A stretch of 64,000 nucleotides of DNA, from assembly GCF_009914755.1 (NCBI RefSeq), contig NC_060938.1. One strand, given 5' to 3'. This DNA is from the human T2T-CHM13v2.0 reference genome, Homo sapiens. The stretch's first letter is position 1. Each line of letters begins with the position of its first letter. The notes beneath the pieces were generated by a model. The model did not search any database. It saw nothing but the letters and a program-made list of their open reading frames with translations, and was not told the DNA's origin. This document shows, in pieces, positions 1 through 19,957 of this stretch. The position numbers and the translations under genes are program-made.

Positions 1-1932
<1,932 letters not shown>

Positions 1933-2306
1933 TAATATGGTTTGGATTGTGTCCCTGCCCAAAACTCATGTCAAATTGTAATCCCCAGTGTTGCAGGAGG
2001 GCCTGGTGGGAGGTGATTGGATCGTGGGGGCGGATTTCCCCTTGCCGTTCTCATGCTAGTGAGTGAGTTCTCAGGAGAGCTGGTTGTTTAAAAGTGTGCA
2101 GCATCTCCCCCCACCCTTCCTCCTTCTCTGGCCATGGAAGACATGCCTCCTTCCCCTTTGCCTTTCATCAGGATTGTAAGTTTCCTGAGACCTACCCAGC
2201 CATGCTTCCTGGACAGCCTGCGGAACTGTGAGTCGATTAAACTTTTCTTTATAAATTACCCAGTCTTGGGGAGTTCTTTATAGCAATGTGAGAACAGGCT
2301 AATACA
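1933..2306 (+). mobile_element. MSTA-like MaLR 3' LTR
   Basis: Starts taatatggtttggattgtgtccc and ends ...gagaacaggctaataca. Contains attaaa and tataaattacccagtc. Contiguous with the internal region. Confidence 0.85.
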
Positions 2307-2630
2307 CCCACCTTGTAGCATGCCTATCTAGTGCTGCCCACACACATGCCCACTTTACTGTATGCCTGACTGGTGCTGCCCAGACATGTGCCCACCCTGC
2401 TGCATTCCCGCCCTGGTACCACTCAGACATGTGCCCACCTTGCTGCATGCCCACCTGGTACCAGGCCCATGCCGACCCTGCTGCATGCCCACCTGGTACA
2501 ACTCAGACATGTGCCCACCCTGCTGCATGCCTGCCTGGTGCTTCCCAGACACGGGCCACGTTGCAGCATGTCTGCCCAGTGTTGCTCACACACATGCCCA
2601 TCCTGCTGCATGCTCACCCAGTGCTGCAGG
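2307..2630. repeat. Diverged 42-bp minisatellite, about 8 units
   Basis: Units like cccaccctgctgcatgcccacctggtacaactcagacatgtg repeat from the LTR end. Confidence 0.85.
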
Positions 2631-3199
2631 CACAGAGACAAAAAGCTCAGTCCTGCATTCAGAAGTTTCTGGTCCACTGGGGGCCAGTGTGGTTGCAGAG
2701 CTGTGAATAGCGCATGGGACCCACGGGGAGGTGGCAGCTCAGAACTTCCGTGGAGCCAGGGATGTGGGTGGGGATGGCTTCCCTAGAGGATCGCATCCAA
2801 TCGTGTCCATGAATCTGAGCAAAGTGAGGGGGCCCCAGGAAGGGCAGGACAGGTGGGGGCATCCAAGCAATGCCAGAGCAGAGAGGGGACACAGGGCAGT
2901 TCTGAGGCACCTGCGAATGAGAAAGGAAGAAGGAAGAACCACATTCAGCCTGGGCGAGCACAGAGGTGAGAGGATTTGCTAACAGTGAGCAAAGGACATG
3001 GAGTCAAAAGGCCTTTGGTTTTGTTTTTCCTTCAGATGCAAAAGACTCAAGCATGTTTATGAATTGAGGGTAAAAGCCAGAGGAGTAAGTAAGAGGATGC
3101 TGGGGGAGCAGGGGCTTGGCACAGGTTCTGCTCCATGGCAGCAGGAGGGCAAGACTTGGATCGCATTAGAGCTCAACTGTGTGTTATTTACAAGGGACA

Positions 3200-3830
3200 C
3201 TTAATACATTTTGATGTATGGCTTAAAAATAAAGGACTGATGTAGGCATTTGCAGCGGCAAATGTTGACAAAAAGTGCCAAGGAGTGACAATATTAGTAT
3301 CCGCGGAAAATAAAGCACAAATCATTAAGAAGGACAAACAGACCAATTTATATTAATAAGAGTTATTATACCCCATAAAGTTGTGATGTCTAATACACAG
3401 CCGATACACACGTTAGATGTTTATGTGTCCAACATCGAATACCGAAATATATCAAGAAAACCTGTTAGATATATTAGGTAAATAGACAAGACCCAGCTGT
3501 AATGAGAAATTCAACACGGTACTGTTGATTCCTGTCAAATCAAGTGTACAAAATAAATAGGACTATCAAGAATGTGAATCATATAATTTGTAATGGAGAT
3601 TCTATAAGTATTGTATATATGTCACACTTTACCCCTCCCTGTCATGAAATACTGCTTTTCCCCCATGAACCCATAGAATATAAGAAACATATGAAAAGTC
3701 TGTTTATCTCATTCGTTAGGGAAATGCAAATTTTTAAGAAATAAGCTATTGTTCAACTATCAGATAAGCAATATTAAAAGTATTCCAGTTATCAAATTTG
3801 GTGAAGATATGTAGAAAACATACTCCTCTC
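3200..3830 (+). mobile_element. Highly decayed ancient L1 (L1M/L1ME-class) fragments
   Basis: A-rich sequence resembling the L1 endonuclease region (gcaaatgttgacaaaaag...ggagtgacaatattagtat) and the 3' ORF2 region (tagggaaatgcaaatt). Confidence 0.5.
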
Positions 3831-3834
3831 TCTG

Positions 3835-4171
3835 ACGGTAGTGCTCATCACAGGCCTTCCCCCAGCCATGTGACCATGACTTGCTCTAATCAGTGATGGC
3901 TGAGCAGGAGTGGCAAGTGTCACCTCGTTACAGAGAAGCCAGCATGTGGTCCACTGTGCTTGCGTTTCTCCCTGTCACAGTGACCAACAGTGGCCCAGAG
4001 AGAGCGCCCTGCGTCTTCCGGGGTTCTGGAGTGAGGACTGTGTGGGGCAGAAGCACAGCCAACCACATGGACATGAAGCACGGGTGAAAAAAATGTCCTT
4101 GCTGTTGTGATCACTGGGGCTTGGGGGCCATTTGTCACCACAGCATCACCCAGCCCTTCATGATGGATACA
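3835..4171 (+). mobile_element. Old MLT1 (I/J-like) MaLR LTR fragment
   Basis: ccatgtgacc...tgacttgct, and a 3' end ttgtcaccacagcatcacccagcc...gataca typical of MLT1. Confidence 0.55.
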
Positions 4172-6371
4172 GAAGACCATTGGGTGTTCCTATTAAAAGT
4201 CTAGATGCTTATAAAGTGCGACCCAGCAAATCTACTTCCTAGCAAACACCTTTAAGAACACCCGATGCGATTCTCCTCTGAGCAGCTAACTCCCATTGCC
4301 CACTGAGAACACACAGAAGAGCTAGTCAACACACAGAAGCAATCTGTTTAAAGGTGTCGGAGAACTGTGGAAGCAATGAGACTAGAGGGACTAAAGTTCA
4401 GAGAGCAGGGACCTCTGAGAGGTAAGGTGACGATCACAGCCACACTTTCCTGGGGACTTTGCCAACCTCCCATGGCTGGAAGCTGAGGATCCAGGCATGG
4501 CCCAGCCAGAGGAACAGTGCTAGGGACAGGAAAGCAAGAAGAGCTTATAGCATCACTTGTGCTGGAGAGAGAGGGGTGGAGACTTAAAGAGCCCAGGCAC
4601 ACAGTCACTTGACATTTGCCAAGTTCTGAAGCTGCACCGTGTGAAAAGCTAAAATCTAAGCAGAAACCCTCTAACAGCAGAGCGGAGTGTCCCGAACACC
4701 ACGTGTGCCAAAGAGACCAAGACCCTGGGCAGGGGGCTCCAGGGAGCCCGCCAGGCTCGCATTTGAACTCACTGAAGCGTTCCATGGTAGAGAAGAGGTG
4801 AGCCCAAGAATGTCCCCAGCTGTGGTGCTCAGCCACTCACTGGATCTGGAGGGTCATCTTCCCATTCTGTCTGCCTGCCAGAAGAATGGGTGAATATTTC
4901 CTGATGCAGGACATCATGTGTTCCTTGTATAGTTTGTGTTTATACATCATGTCCCACAACCAATAAAAAAAATTGCTAGGCATGCCAAAAGACATGTGGC
5001 TAAAAACCAAGAAGGAAACACACACACCAAGAACAGAATCAGTGGTGAGATAGTGGAGTAACAAATAAGGACCTAAAAATAACCAGGATGAAAACATGCA
5101 AAAAAATAAAGGAAAAGATGGGGAAAATAAATGACAACAGAAAATAATTTTACCAAAGAAATTGAATCCATAAAAATAACTAAATGGAAATTCAAAAGCC
5201 AAAAATTATAATATCTGAAATTAAGAACTCCATGGCTGGATCTAGCTGCACTTTAGATATAGCAGAACTCTGGGTTAAAGAACGAAATGAACAGTGAATT
5301 AAAAAAATCTAAACTAAAGCACACAGAGGCCACAAATGAACAGAAGAAAAGACACGTGACACCCCGTAAAAATGTCCATTCTATATGCAGTTGTACCCCC
5401 TAAAGGAGAGAAGGCACATTTGAAGAAAAGGGGATTAAGAACATTCCAAAATGAATGAAAGTCATCAGTCCACAGATTTAGAGAGTTCTGCAGCACCAAG
5501 CAAGATAAGTGCAAAGGAAACCACACTTTGACACATGGTGGAAAAACTGTGGAAAAGGAAAAAGAGAAAACTTTAAGAGTGGCTGGAGAAAAATGATGTG
5601 CTGCCATCACAAAAGCAAAAAATAACATGGAGAGCTGAGTCCTCACCAAAACAGACAGCCAGAGACAGTGGGATGACAGTTCTAACGTGCCCAAATAAAA
5701 AGAGAAATGCAACTCAGGAGTCTATACTGGGGAACGTATGCCTCAGAAATGAAGACATTTCAGCAGAAATACTGGGAATTCATCACCACAGGCTTGAATG
5801 AAAGACATTCTAAAATGAGCACTTCCGATGGAAGGAAAATAACCTCAGACAGAAACATGGAAATAGAAAGAATGAGAAGGCGGGGGGATGTAAATCCTGG
5901 TGTAAATATAATAGACATTCACTATGTGCGACAGTAGCAGTGATGAGTATATTTAAATGCAGGGGGAGGGTGACGCACAGGCTGGCAGTAGCTGGAGCTC
6001 TGGCACCTCAGTTCTGGCAGAGCAGGAAATGGGCAAAGTCTCCATTCACATTGAACCCTTATATGCTAGTCAAGGATGAATGCTGAAATCTCTAGGATAA
6101 CTGTGAAAAAAATAGTGAAGGAATGTATACCTAGCAAGATGAGAGGGGAAAAAGGAATAATGGAAAGATTTCAGTCATCTTAAAGAAGGCAAGACGTGGA
6201 ACACGAAGCAGATGAGTCAAACAGAAAACAAGTAGCAAGGTGACAGCGAACCAAACACAAAGAAATTGTGTTAAAGACAATGGGTGAAATACCTTGAGGA
6301 AAAGGCTAATAATGTCAGATGGCATGCAAAAAATAAAACCTAGTTGTAAGGCACTTAAAAGACACAGTCCT

Positions 6372-6726
6372 TGATATGGTTTGGCTGTGTCCCTACCCAA
6401 ATCTCACCTTAAATTGTAATAATTCCCATGTGTCAAGGGCAGGGCCCTGTAGAGATACTTGAATCATGAGGGAGTTTCCCCCATACTGTTCTCGTGTTGG
6501 TGAATAAGTCTCACAAAATCTGATGGTTTTATAAATGGGAGCTCCCCTGCACAAACTCTCTTGCCTGCTGCTATGTAAGACGTCACTTTGCTCCTCATTC
6601 GCTTTCCACCATGATTGTGAGGCCTCCTCAGCCATGTGGAGCTGTGAGTCCATTAAACCTCTTTCCTTTATAAATTACCCATCCTCGGGTATGTCTTTAT
6701 TAGCAGCATGAGAACAGACTAATACA
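6372..6726 (+). mobile_element. THE1 solo LTR (THE1B/C-like)
   Basis: tgatatggtttggctgtgtccc...ccaaatctc start and ...gagaacagactaataca end. 5-bp TSD gtcct/ctcct. Confidence 0.92.
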
Positions 6727-6749
6727 CTCCTTATATACTTACATAAGGG

Positions 6750-7526
6750 TGTCAATGAGAAGAGTCAAACTCTGTAAAATATTTGAAGAGATTTATTCTG
6801 AGCCAAATATGAGTGACCATGGCCCATGACACAGCCCTCAGGAGGTCCTAAGAACATGTGCCCAAGGTGGCTGGGGCACAGCTTGGTTTTATACATTTTA
6901 GGGAGGCATGAGACATCAATCAAATACATTTAAGAAATACATTGGTTTGGTCCAGAAAGGTGGGAGAAAGTGGGGGGAAGGGTGGAGGGCGCAGGCTATA
7001 GGTAAATTTAAACATTTTCTAGCTGACAGTTGCTTGCATTTGTCAAAAGACCTGGGATCAAATGGAAATGTTCTGGTTAAGATAAAGCATTGTGGAGACC
7101 AAGGTTCTTTTAAAGTCTTACAGAGGCTGCCCTTGGAGGCAATAGATGAAAAATCTTTCCTGTTCGCCTTTAAAGGGTGCTAGACTCCCAGTTAATCTCT
7201 TCAGGATTGGGAGGGCCTGGAAGAAAAAGATCTAGCTATGTTAATAGAGATTCTTTACTGATGCAAATTTTACCCCCACCAAGGATGACTTTGCAGGGCC
7301 ATTTCAAAATACGGCAAACAAACATGGTTTAGGGTAAAATATTTTGATTTTCTACTTTGTCATGTAATGTTATGCCAGAGTCAGATTGGAAAGTAAGTCA
7401 CTCACGATATGTACGGTTAAATAAATTCCATCTGATGAGAATTTATGGTTTGTAGGGCATGACTCCCCAGACTCCTTAGATAGATAGGAATTTGGGCAAG
7501 TTAAAAAAATCAGAGCTTAGTCCTCA
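6750..7526 (-). mobile_element. MER4-family (ERV1) solo LTR, MER4D/E-like
   Basis: The minus strand begins tgaggactaagctctgattttt and ends gagtttgactcttctcattgaca (TG...CA). Perfect 4-bp TSD aggg at 6746-6749 and 7527-7530. Confidence 0.85.
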
Positions 7527-8520
7527 AGGGCACAAAGCAGGTTGAAAGGACAATAAATGGGAAAGGTAGAATATGTAAACACCAACCAGAAGAAAGCGAG
7601 TAGAGTGATAGAAATGTCAGACAAAACAGGTGTGAAGGTGAGGTGCCTTGCTCAAGACCGACATGGGCATGTACTGAAAGAATCAACACTCCAGGAAGCT
7701 ATCACAGCCCCAAGTAAGCATCAATGCATACATTATGTGAAACAAAAATTGACCAAACTTGAAGAAGAAAGAAATCCATGTTCATACAGAGAGACTTTAA
7801 CCTGCCTCTCAATGCCTCAATGGCTGATTTAATAAGCAGACAGAAATATCAGTAAGGATATGGAAGTTCTGAACGACGCAGTTGACAAACCTGACCTAAT
7901 TGACAAGTGATTCAGACCGCTGCACTGGCAACAGCAGAACCCACGGTCTCTTCATTAGCACACAGGACATTCACCAAGATTGTCGCGTGCTGGATCGTGG
8001 AGCAAGTCCCAACACATTTCACGGGATTGAAATCATTCAGAGTTTGTTCTCTGTCCACCATGGAATTAAGCTGGATATAAAAACATAAATACAACTAGAA
8101 AATCTCCAAGTGCTTGGGAATGAAGCCATATGCCTCTAAATCATAGGCCACAGAAGAAATCACAAAGGAAATTAGAAAACACTGTGGACTGTTGGATAAT
8201 GGAGATACAGCATATTGAAATTGACAGGTGCAGTTAAAGCAGTGCTTAGAGGGAAATTTATAGCCTAATATGCACATAGTTAAAAAGAAGAAGGCTGAAA
8301 ATAAATGATCTAAGCTTCTATCTGTAGAAGCTGAGAAGAGCTAAGCCTAGTAAGAGGGGAAGGAAGAAAATAATAAACATATGACAAAAAACCCAGTGAA
8401 ATGGAAAACAGATGTACATTTTGGGAAATTCACAAGCCAAATTTGGTTATTTAAAAAGATTAATAAAATGGATGTATCCCTAATAAAAGTGATCAAGGGG
8501 AATAAAAGAGAGAAAACACA

Positions 8521-8832
<312 letters not shown>

Positions 8833-9872
8833 AGAGAAAACACAATAAATAATATCAGGACTAAAAAGGCATTAACAAAATAATGAGAGGATATTATAAA
8901 AATTTGAAGTAAATACAGTTGACAATTTAGATTAAAAGGGTAAACCCTCTTTCTCCCAAAAACACAATTTATCAAAAGTGACAGACAATATTTAATGTGA
9001 ATAGTTTGATATTTCTTAAATAAATTGTATCCACTAGTAAAATGTTTCTCATCAGTAAAACTCAAATCTCAAATTTTATCAGTGTATTTTTCCAAACATT
9101 TTGGGAAGAAATAACACTGATCCTACACAAACCATTTTATGGAATAAAAAAATGAAAGAATGTGTCCTAATTCATTTTATGAGGCCAGTATAACCTTGAT
9201 ATGAAGGCCTCACACAGACACGAGAAGAAAGGAGAATAATAGGCCAATGTCCTTCGTGAACATTCACAGGGAAATATAGGCAAATTAAATCAAGTGATAC
9301 ATAAAACTAATAGTATATCGGAACCATGGAGGAGGGTTTAATATAAGAATGCAAAATTAATCAATGTAATTCAAATTATATAAAACAGAGACATTATAAG
9401 TCCATCCCAATAAATCCAGGATTTGATAAAATCTAATTTCATGAAAAAATTGTTTGCAATTTGGAATAGATGTCATTGATCTTCCTTAAACTGATAAGAG
9501 AATACGCTAAAATCTTACAGTAAATATCATGACAGCAGGAATGGGGCAAGAATGTCCACTATCGATATTTATTTCTCTTCCACATAATAGTGTAGTTTGT
9601 AGCAACTGCATTCAAGCAAGAAAAATAAATTAAAATATAGGAAATAAAAAAATCAAATTGACGTATTTTGCAGATGCCATGGCTAGTACATCGAAAAGCC
9701 AAACTAATGATACACTTTTTAAATTAAGAAGTAAATTTAACAGTCACTAGTTGAATTTTTATGTATTGTAACAAAAGTTGGAAAATTAAAAATTAAAGCC
9801 CACTATTTACAATAGCATTAAAAAATCTAACATCTATGACATCTATGAGTAAATGTAACCAGAGATGCATAA

Positions 9873-10196
<324 letters not shown>

Positions 10197-10774
10197 TGAA
10201 AATTACAAAATAGTTTTGAAAGAAATTAACAAAGACATAAATAAATGGGAAATTATATTATGTTCATAGATCAGAAGAGTAAATGTGAATTCTGAAAATA
10301 ATTTACAATCAATGTAAGTTCTGATCAAAATCAAAGTTTTTTTCATAAATTGATAAGGCTGCATCAATCATGAAGAACAAAACTGAAGGATTTGCTCTAC
10401 CAGATGTCATAACCTGCATTGTCAGTAGATAAAATGGCCAGTGTTTGGCACAAGAGTGGATTGATTTACCACTGTAATAAATTAGAGTCCAGAAAAAGAC
10501 CTAAAGGTATACAGTCACCTGAATCGTGGGAAAAGTAAAAGTTCACTGAGTAGAAAAAAGGTAGTCTTTTCAACATAGGGTGCTAGATCAATAGAATTTT
10601 CATACTTTTAAAATATATTTTGACTCTAACCTTATACCATATGAAAAATGAATTTCAGATGGATGGCAGATCTAAATGTGAATGGCCAAACAAAAACCTT
10701 TAGAGGAAAACACAGGGGTACATTGTTGTGACCTTAGAGTAGGCAAATATTTCTTGAATAGGAAACCCAAAAAC

Positions 10775-10902
10775 AAAATGATAAATGTTTGAGGTGATGG
10801 ATACGCTAATTACCCTGATTTCATCATTACACATTGTATACATGTATTATTAAAATATCACGTACAATTATTACATGTCAACTAAAAATAAAAGGGGAAA
10901 AG
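10775..10902 (+). mobile_element. Short 5'-truncated L1MA 3' end
   Basis: gataaatgtttgaggtgatggatacgctaattaccctgattt... is L1MA 3' terminal sequence. Flanked by aggaaacccaaaaac / agaaaacacaaaaac (degraded TSD). Confidence 0.7.
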
Positions 10903-10962
10903 AGAAAACACAAAAACGCTAACTACCAAAAAGAATGATAAAGTGAACCATATGAAACTTTA

Positions 10963-15149
<4,187 letters not shown>

Positions 15150-16502
15150 ATATTAAACTTTAAAAATTCCTGCTCATCAAGAGACATAATTAAGACAGGG
15201 AAGAAGCAAACCACAGAATGGGAGATGCTATTTGCAACATGTATCTGACAAACTACTTATGCCCAGAATGTGTTAAAACCCCTATAGATCATTAAAAGAA
15301 GGACAGATAAACCAATAGGAATATCAGCCAAAGATTTAAATAGACATTTCAGAAAAGAGGATATTCAAATGGCCAATAAATATATGAAAAATGCTCAATG
15401 CCACTGGTTGGTAGGGAAATGTAAGGGAAAACCAGTATTAGGTTAGCATTATACCCACCAGAATGACTGAAATGGAAAGATGAAAAACCACATTTTGACA
15501 AGGCTGTGATGCAACTGGAACTCTCACACACTGCTGGTCGGCATGTAAAGTGGTACAAAACTTTGGGGAAATATTTGACAAAGTCTGTTAACACTTGATG
15601 CAGCACTTACACTTCTAGGTATAGACCCAACAGAAATGGGTAAATATTTTTTACCAAAAGTATAAACAAGAATGACCATAGAAGCACTATTTATAACAAC
15701 CCAAAACTGGACATTAAAATGCCACCCCTCCCCCAAACAGTAGAATGGGCAAATAATTGATGGAATGCTCACTTGGTGGATGCTGGGTGTCAATGAGAGT
15801 GGTGAGCCACAACTACACACGACAGCACGTATGGACCTTACAAGCAAACTATTGAGTGAAAGGACCAGATAGGAAAGAAGGTATGTTGAATGATTCCATT
15901 CTTTAAAGCTTGAACCAGGCAAACATAGTTTAATATGTGCTGTTAGACGTCAGGATTACAGTTGCTCTTGGGAGGAGACACGGTGAGCAGAAGAAGATAC
16001 AGGAGAGGTCTCTGGAGGAGGCTAGCAGTATTCTGTGACTTTATGTGAATACTGCTTTCACAAATGTATTTACTTTGTGGTGCTTCTGTGAGTTGTAACA
16101 GTATGATTTGTGCACATTTTCATTTGTATGGTATATTTCAAAAAAGTTTACCTGAAAAACATAGTGCATGTGCTTGTGGAAGCATGTATGAGGATGTTCA
16201 TTGCAATGCTGTTTACAGTAGAGAAAAATTGGGAACAGCCTAAATGTCCATCAACAGGGAAATGATTAAATCAATTACTATCTATTAATATTGTGAAACA
16301 CTAGGTAGAACTTTTAAAGAATAAAGTAGATTTAAATAAACTGGCAAAAGGTAAATATGGAAGCTATGTTGACAGCAACAAAACCAGGCTGCAGAACAAT
16401 ACATATAATTGTTTAGACATATATGAGTCAAGCTATAGATTTTTGTAGGTTATATATTTATATGCAAACACATAGAAAAGTGCCCTAAAGAAAGCACAAC
16501 TG

Positions 16503-16863
16503 TGCTATGGTTTAAACGTTGACATCCCCCAAAATTCATATGTTGGAATCTAATACCCAATGTGACAGTATTAAGGGGTGAGACCTTTAGAAAGTGATTA
16601 AGTCAAGGGAGCTCTACCTTTATGAATGGGATTAATGCCCTTATAAAAGAGGGTTGAGTGAGCTCCATGGCCCCTTCCACCAAGTGAGGACACAGAGAAA
16701 ATGCCATCTGTTAGGAAGAGCAAGGCCTCACCAGACAATGACAATCTGCCAGCACCTTGATCTTGGACTTCTCAGCCTCTAGAACCATGAGCAATACATT
16801 TCTGTTGTTTATAAATTACCCAGTCTAAGGTATTTTGTTATAGTAGCCCAATGGACTATAACA
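16503..16863 (+). mobile_element. MLT1A/MSTD-like MaLR solo LTR
   Basis: tgctatggttt start, caccttgatcttggacttc and tataaattacccagtct motifs, ...actataaca end. Perfect 5-bp TSD aactg at 16498-16502 and 16864-16868. Confidence 0.88.
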
Positions 16864-18902
16864 AACTGTAATAGTGATTTTTTGGGGAAAGCAGACTAAA
16901 ATTAGGGGTGGAGGTCAAAGTTATTTTAGGTTTATTTTTGTTTGTGTTTTATTACAATGACAATATAATCATGATTACTTGAGTAATTAAAAATAATATT
17001 TCAAATGGTAAGTGAAAGATTTCCAACAGGACATTTCCTAGCAAGAAAATGCATACATATACACATACAACTTCAATATATTCAAAAAGTTAAAATTGTA
17101 CAAGCAAAACTACTTTACCTTGAACCACTAGAACTAGAAATTATTAATAAGTCTAAATAAAAAACCCTTACCAACTGGTAATTTAAAGGTACTCCTGTAA
17201 ACATTCGTAGAAAATGAAAAAATATTTTTCAAACTCTAGAATAGCAGAGAAATAATGAAATTGTTAAGAACAAATGGGTTTCAACAAAGCTGTCCTCAAA
17301 GATGAAGTCACATCTTTAAATGCTTTCATTAGCACAAAAAAAAATCAAAACTTTCAAGTCAATAAGTTTTTTAAGCAGTTCCAAGGAAGAACAAAATAGC
17401 AGATGATAGCAGAAATTATTGAATTAGAAAAGGGAAAAATGAGGATTAGTAAGTACATTAAGAGCTAAGAGATAAGTAAATTAAAAAGTTAAGTCTTTTA
17501 AAAATCTAACACGACAGACTCAACTCTGGCTAATCTATTAATAGTTACTACAAAGGGGGAAGCATAAGAAATAGCAATTAAGGAACATTTAAAATCCCAT
17601 AATAAAGACAGTAAATGTGCATGCAATTTTAAAAATGAACAAGGCATTATTTGCATGGTTATATGATGATAAATCTGAATGGAAATAAATACATGATCAA
17701 AGTTAACATTAAAAGAACTGAGCAACATGAATAAAGAATTATTCTTGGAAAAATGTTTAAATAGAAAGGAATTACATCCAAAAGAGGTACCAGACTCAGG
17801 CGTTCTTGTTGGTGAGATGCTGTGAAATTTTAAGGCATAATTAATTCCAAAACTATGTATCAGTTTTAGAAATGTGTAAATTTGGAAAAGTAATTTTATA
17901 AAAGTAGAGTAACCCTGAAACCAAAATCTGACAAATATAATCCACCATCTGTTCTTCAGTCTACAAGAAATAGCCATTACATTAAAAGAAGTTTCCACTA
18001 TCTCATAAGATTTACCAAAGAATTAAACAAAGTCAATAGAATCTTTAAAGCAGAACTTCTCAGAGCCTTTGATATGCAAATGTGCATTGTGGTTCTTAAG
18101 AAGGGCAGGAATACAGCCTGCAGTGTTTCCCAATTTTATTCGTCCAAGCAAAAAACCATTTCTACCTGGAAGCATCTCTTGGGAGTGGTGATCTGGGGTA
18201 CATCCTTTGGGAAAGCCTGCTATGGAATATAAAACTGCATGCAAAATCAAAAGTGAAATATAAGCAAGTAAAATTCAGCTGTGTGTTTAATCAACAATCT
18301 ATGAAGGTTTAACATGGGAAAGGAAGAATGGTTTAATATAACACATTGTATTATTTTATTTATAATACAAAATACCAATAGGCCTCAAAATAGAACCTGA
18401 ATAAATGTTGAAATATTATTCAGAAAATTTAAAAATACATTTCTGATAAAACATTTAGTAAATAGTAAAGTCTCTTACATGCATAAAAGCATTGTCTACA
18501 TAACTACCTGTTCCGTGTATCAAAATCATAAGCAACAGATTTGAAAAGCAAATAAATGGTGAAAATTTATGCAATGAATATCATGAACAAAGAGAGATCT
18601 CTTTAAAATCATCAACAAAAGCATTATTATCCCACATAAAATTGGCAAAGGTCAACTCATAAATGAAGGAATACAAATCACCAAAAATTATTAAAAAGTG
18701 TTCATATTATAATCAAAGAAATACAAGATTAAGATATTCTTATTTTTATCTTTCAGGTTAAATAACATATACATTGCAAAACATCAGAAGAGTATATATC
18801 AGACCAACATTTTTACAAATCACAAATATAAACTTAGACAAAATATTTTAAAAATCTATGTGAAGACACCAGAGAATAGCCAAAAGCAAACAGAAACAGA
18901 AA

Positions 18903-19031
18903 AAGATAAGAGTCCAGATACTAAACAACAGAGGTCCCCAGTCCCCAGGCCATGGACCAGTACCAGTCCGTGGCCTGTTAGGAACCAGGCCACACAGCAG
19001 GAGGTGCGTGGTGGATGAGCAAGCATTACAG
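18903..19031 (+). repeat. 129-bp direct copy of 19527-19655 (MER1 5' end plus its flank)
   Basis: Manual alignment gives 5 mismatches in 129 bp with no indels, offset 624 bp. Confidence 0.92.
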
Positions 19032-19552
19032 AAAGAAAAGCATTACAGTTGAAAGAAAAGAACTGCGTTGATTGAGTTCATGTTTCTACGACCTTTTGGT
19101 GCAGAAAAATCCCCAATTTTTATGACGTATAGCAACTAAAACTTAAACAGAAAGTTGCAAACTTACTGGCTGAAGGGGTGAGAGAACAGTGTTTGGAACT
19201 TCCAGGCCAGCTAGAAATAGAAGAAAAATCCCAGAAAGGAGAGAGCCAGAGAGAGAGAATCCCCCAGATCTGCACACAAATGCTGCTCAAATTTTTGGCT
19301 GACAGCTGCACTGCACGGGCACAAAGGAAGCTCCAGGAAGCCCAGCACAAAGCTACTGCTGAAAGGCTGGAATAATCCAGCAGATAGTTCAGCAGAGGTC
19401 CACCAAAGGAGAAACATGGTTTGAAGTTTATGTCTAGCAAAACTTCAAATTTATGTTTATATTATGTTATGAAGTTTATGTCTAGCAAAGTTGTGGCTTT
19501 CAAGAACAAATAGCAACACACTTCAGAAGATAACAGTCCAGATACTATACAA

Positions 19553-19957
19553 CAGGGGTCCCCAATCCCCAGGCCATGGACCAGTACCAGTCCGTGGCCT
19601 GTTAGGAACCAGGCCACACAGCAGGAGGTGAGTGGTGGATGAGCAAGCATTACAGCCTGAGCTCCGCCTCCTGTTAGGTGAGCAGTGGCATTAGAGTCTC
19701 ATAGAAGCACACACCCTATTATGAACTGTGTATGCGAAGCACCTAGGTTGCATGCTCCTTATGAGAATCTAATACCTGATGATCTGTCACTGTCTCCCAT
19801 CACCCCCAGATGGAACCATCTAGTTGCAGAAAAACAAACTCAGGGCTCCCACTAATTCTACATTATGGTGAGTTGCATAATTATTTCACTGTATATTACA
19901 ATGCAATAATAATAGAAACAAAGTGCATGATAAATTTAATGTGCTTGAATCATCCCG
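19553..19957 (+). mobile_element. MER1A (hAT-Charlie MITE), 3'-truncated
   Basis: caggggtcccc TIR start, cagtaccagtccgtggcctgttaggaacc, and the MER1A-type internal block (ctgtctcccatcacccccagatgg). It stops at aatcatcccg with no right TIR. Confidence 0.88.

Larger units (their letters stand above)
16151..19526 (+). mobile_element. Further decayed ancient L1M fragments
   Basis: A-rich remnants of L1 3' end (cctaaatgtccatcaacaggg), ORF2 and 5' region. Boundaries are approximate. Confidence 0.5.

Noticed and set aside
2362-2706. Cys/Pro-rich ORF resembling a keratin-associated protein
   Set aside because: It is the translation of a 42-bp minisatellite whose units shift frame. No KRTAP N-terminus or gene context is present.
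6615-6640. THE1-associated PRDM9 hotspot motif
   Set aside because: The sequence is cctcctcagccat, which does not fit CCNCCNTNNCCNC.
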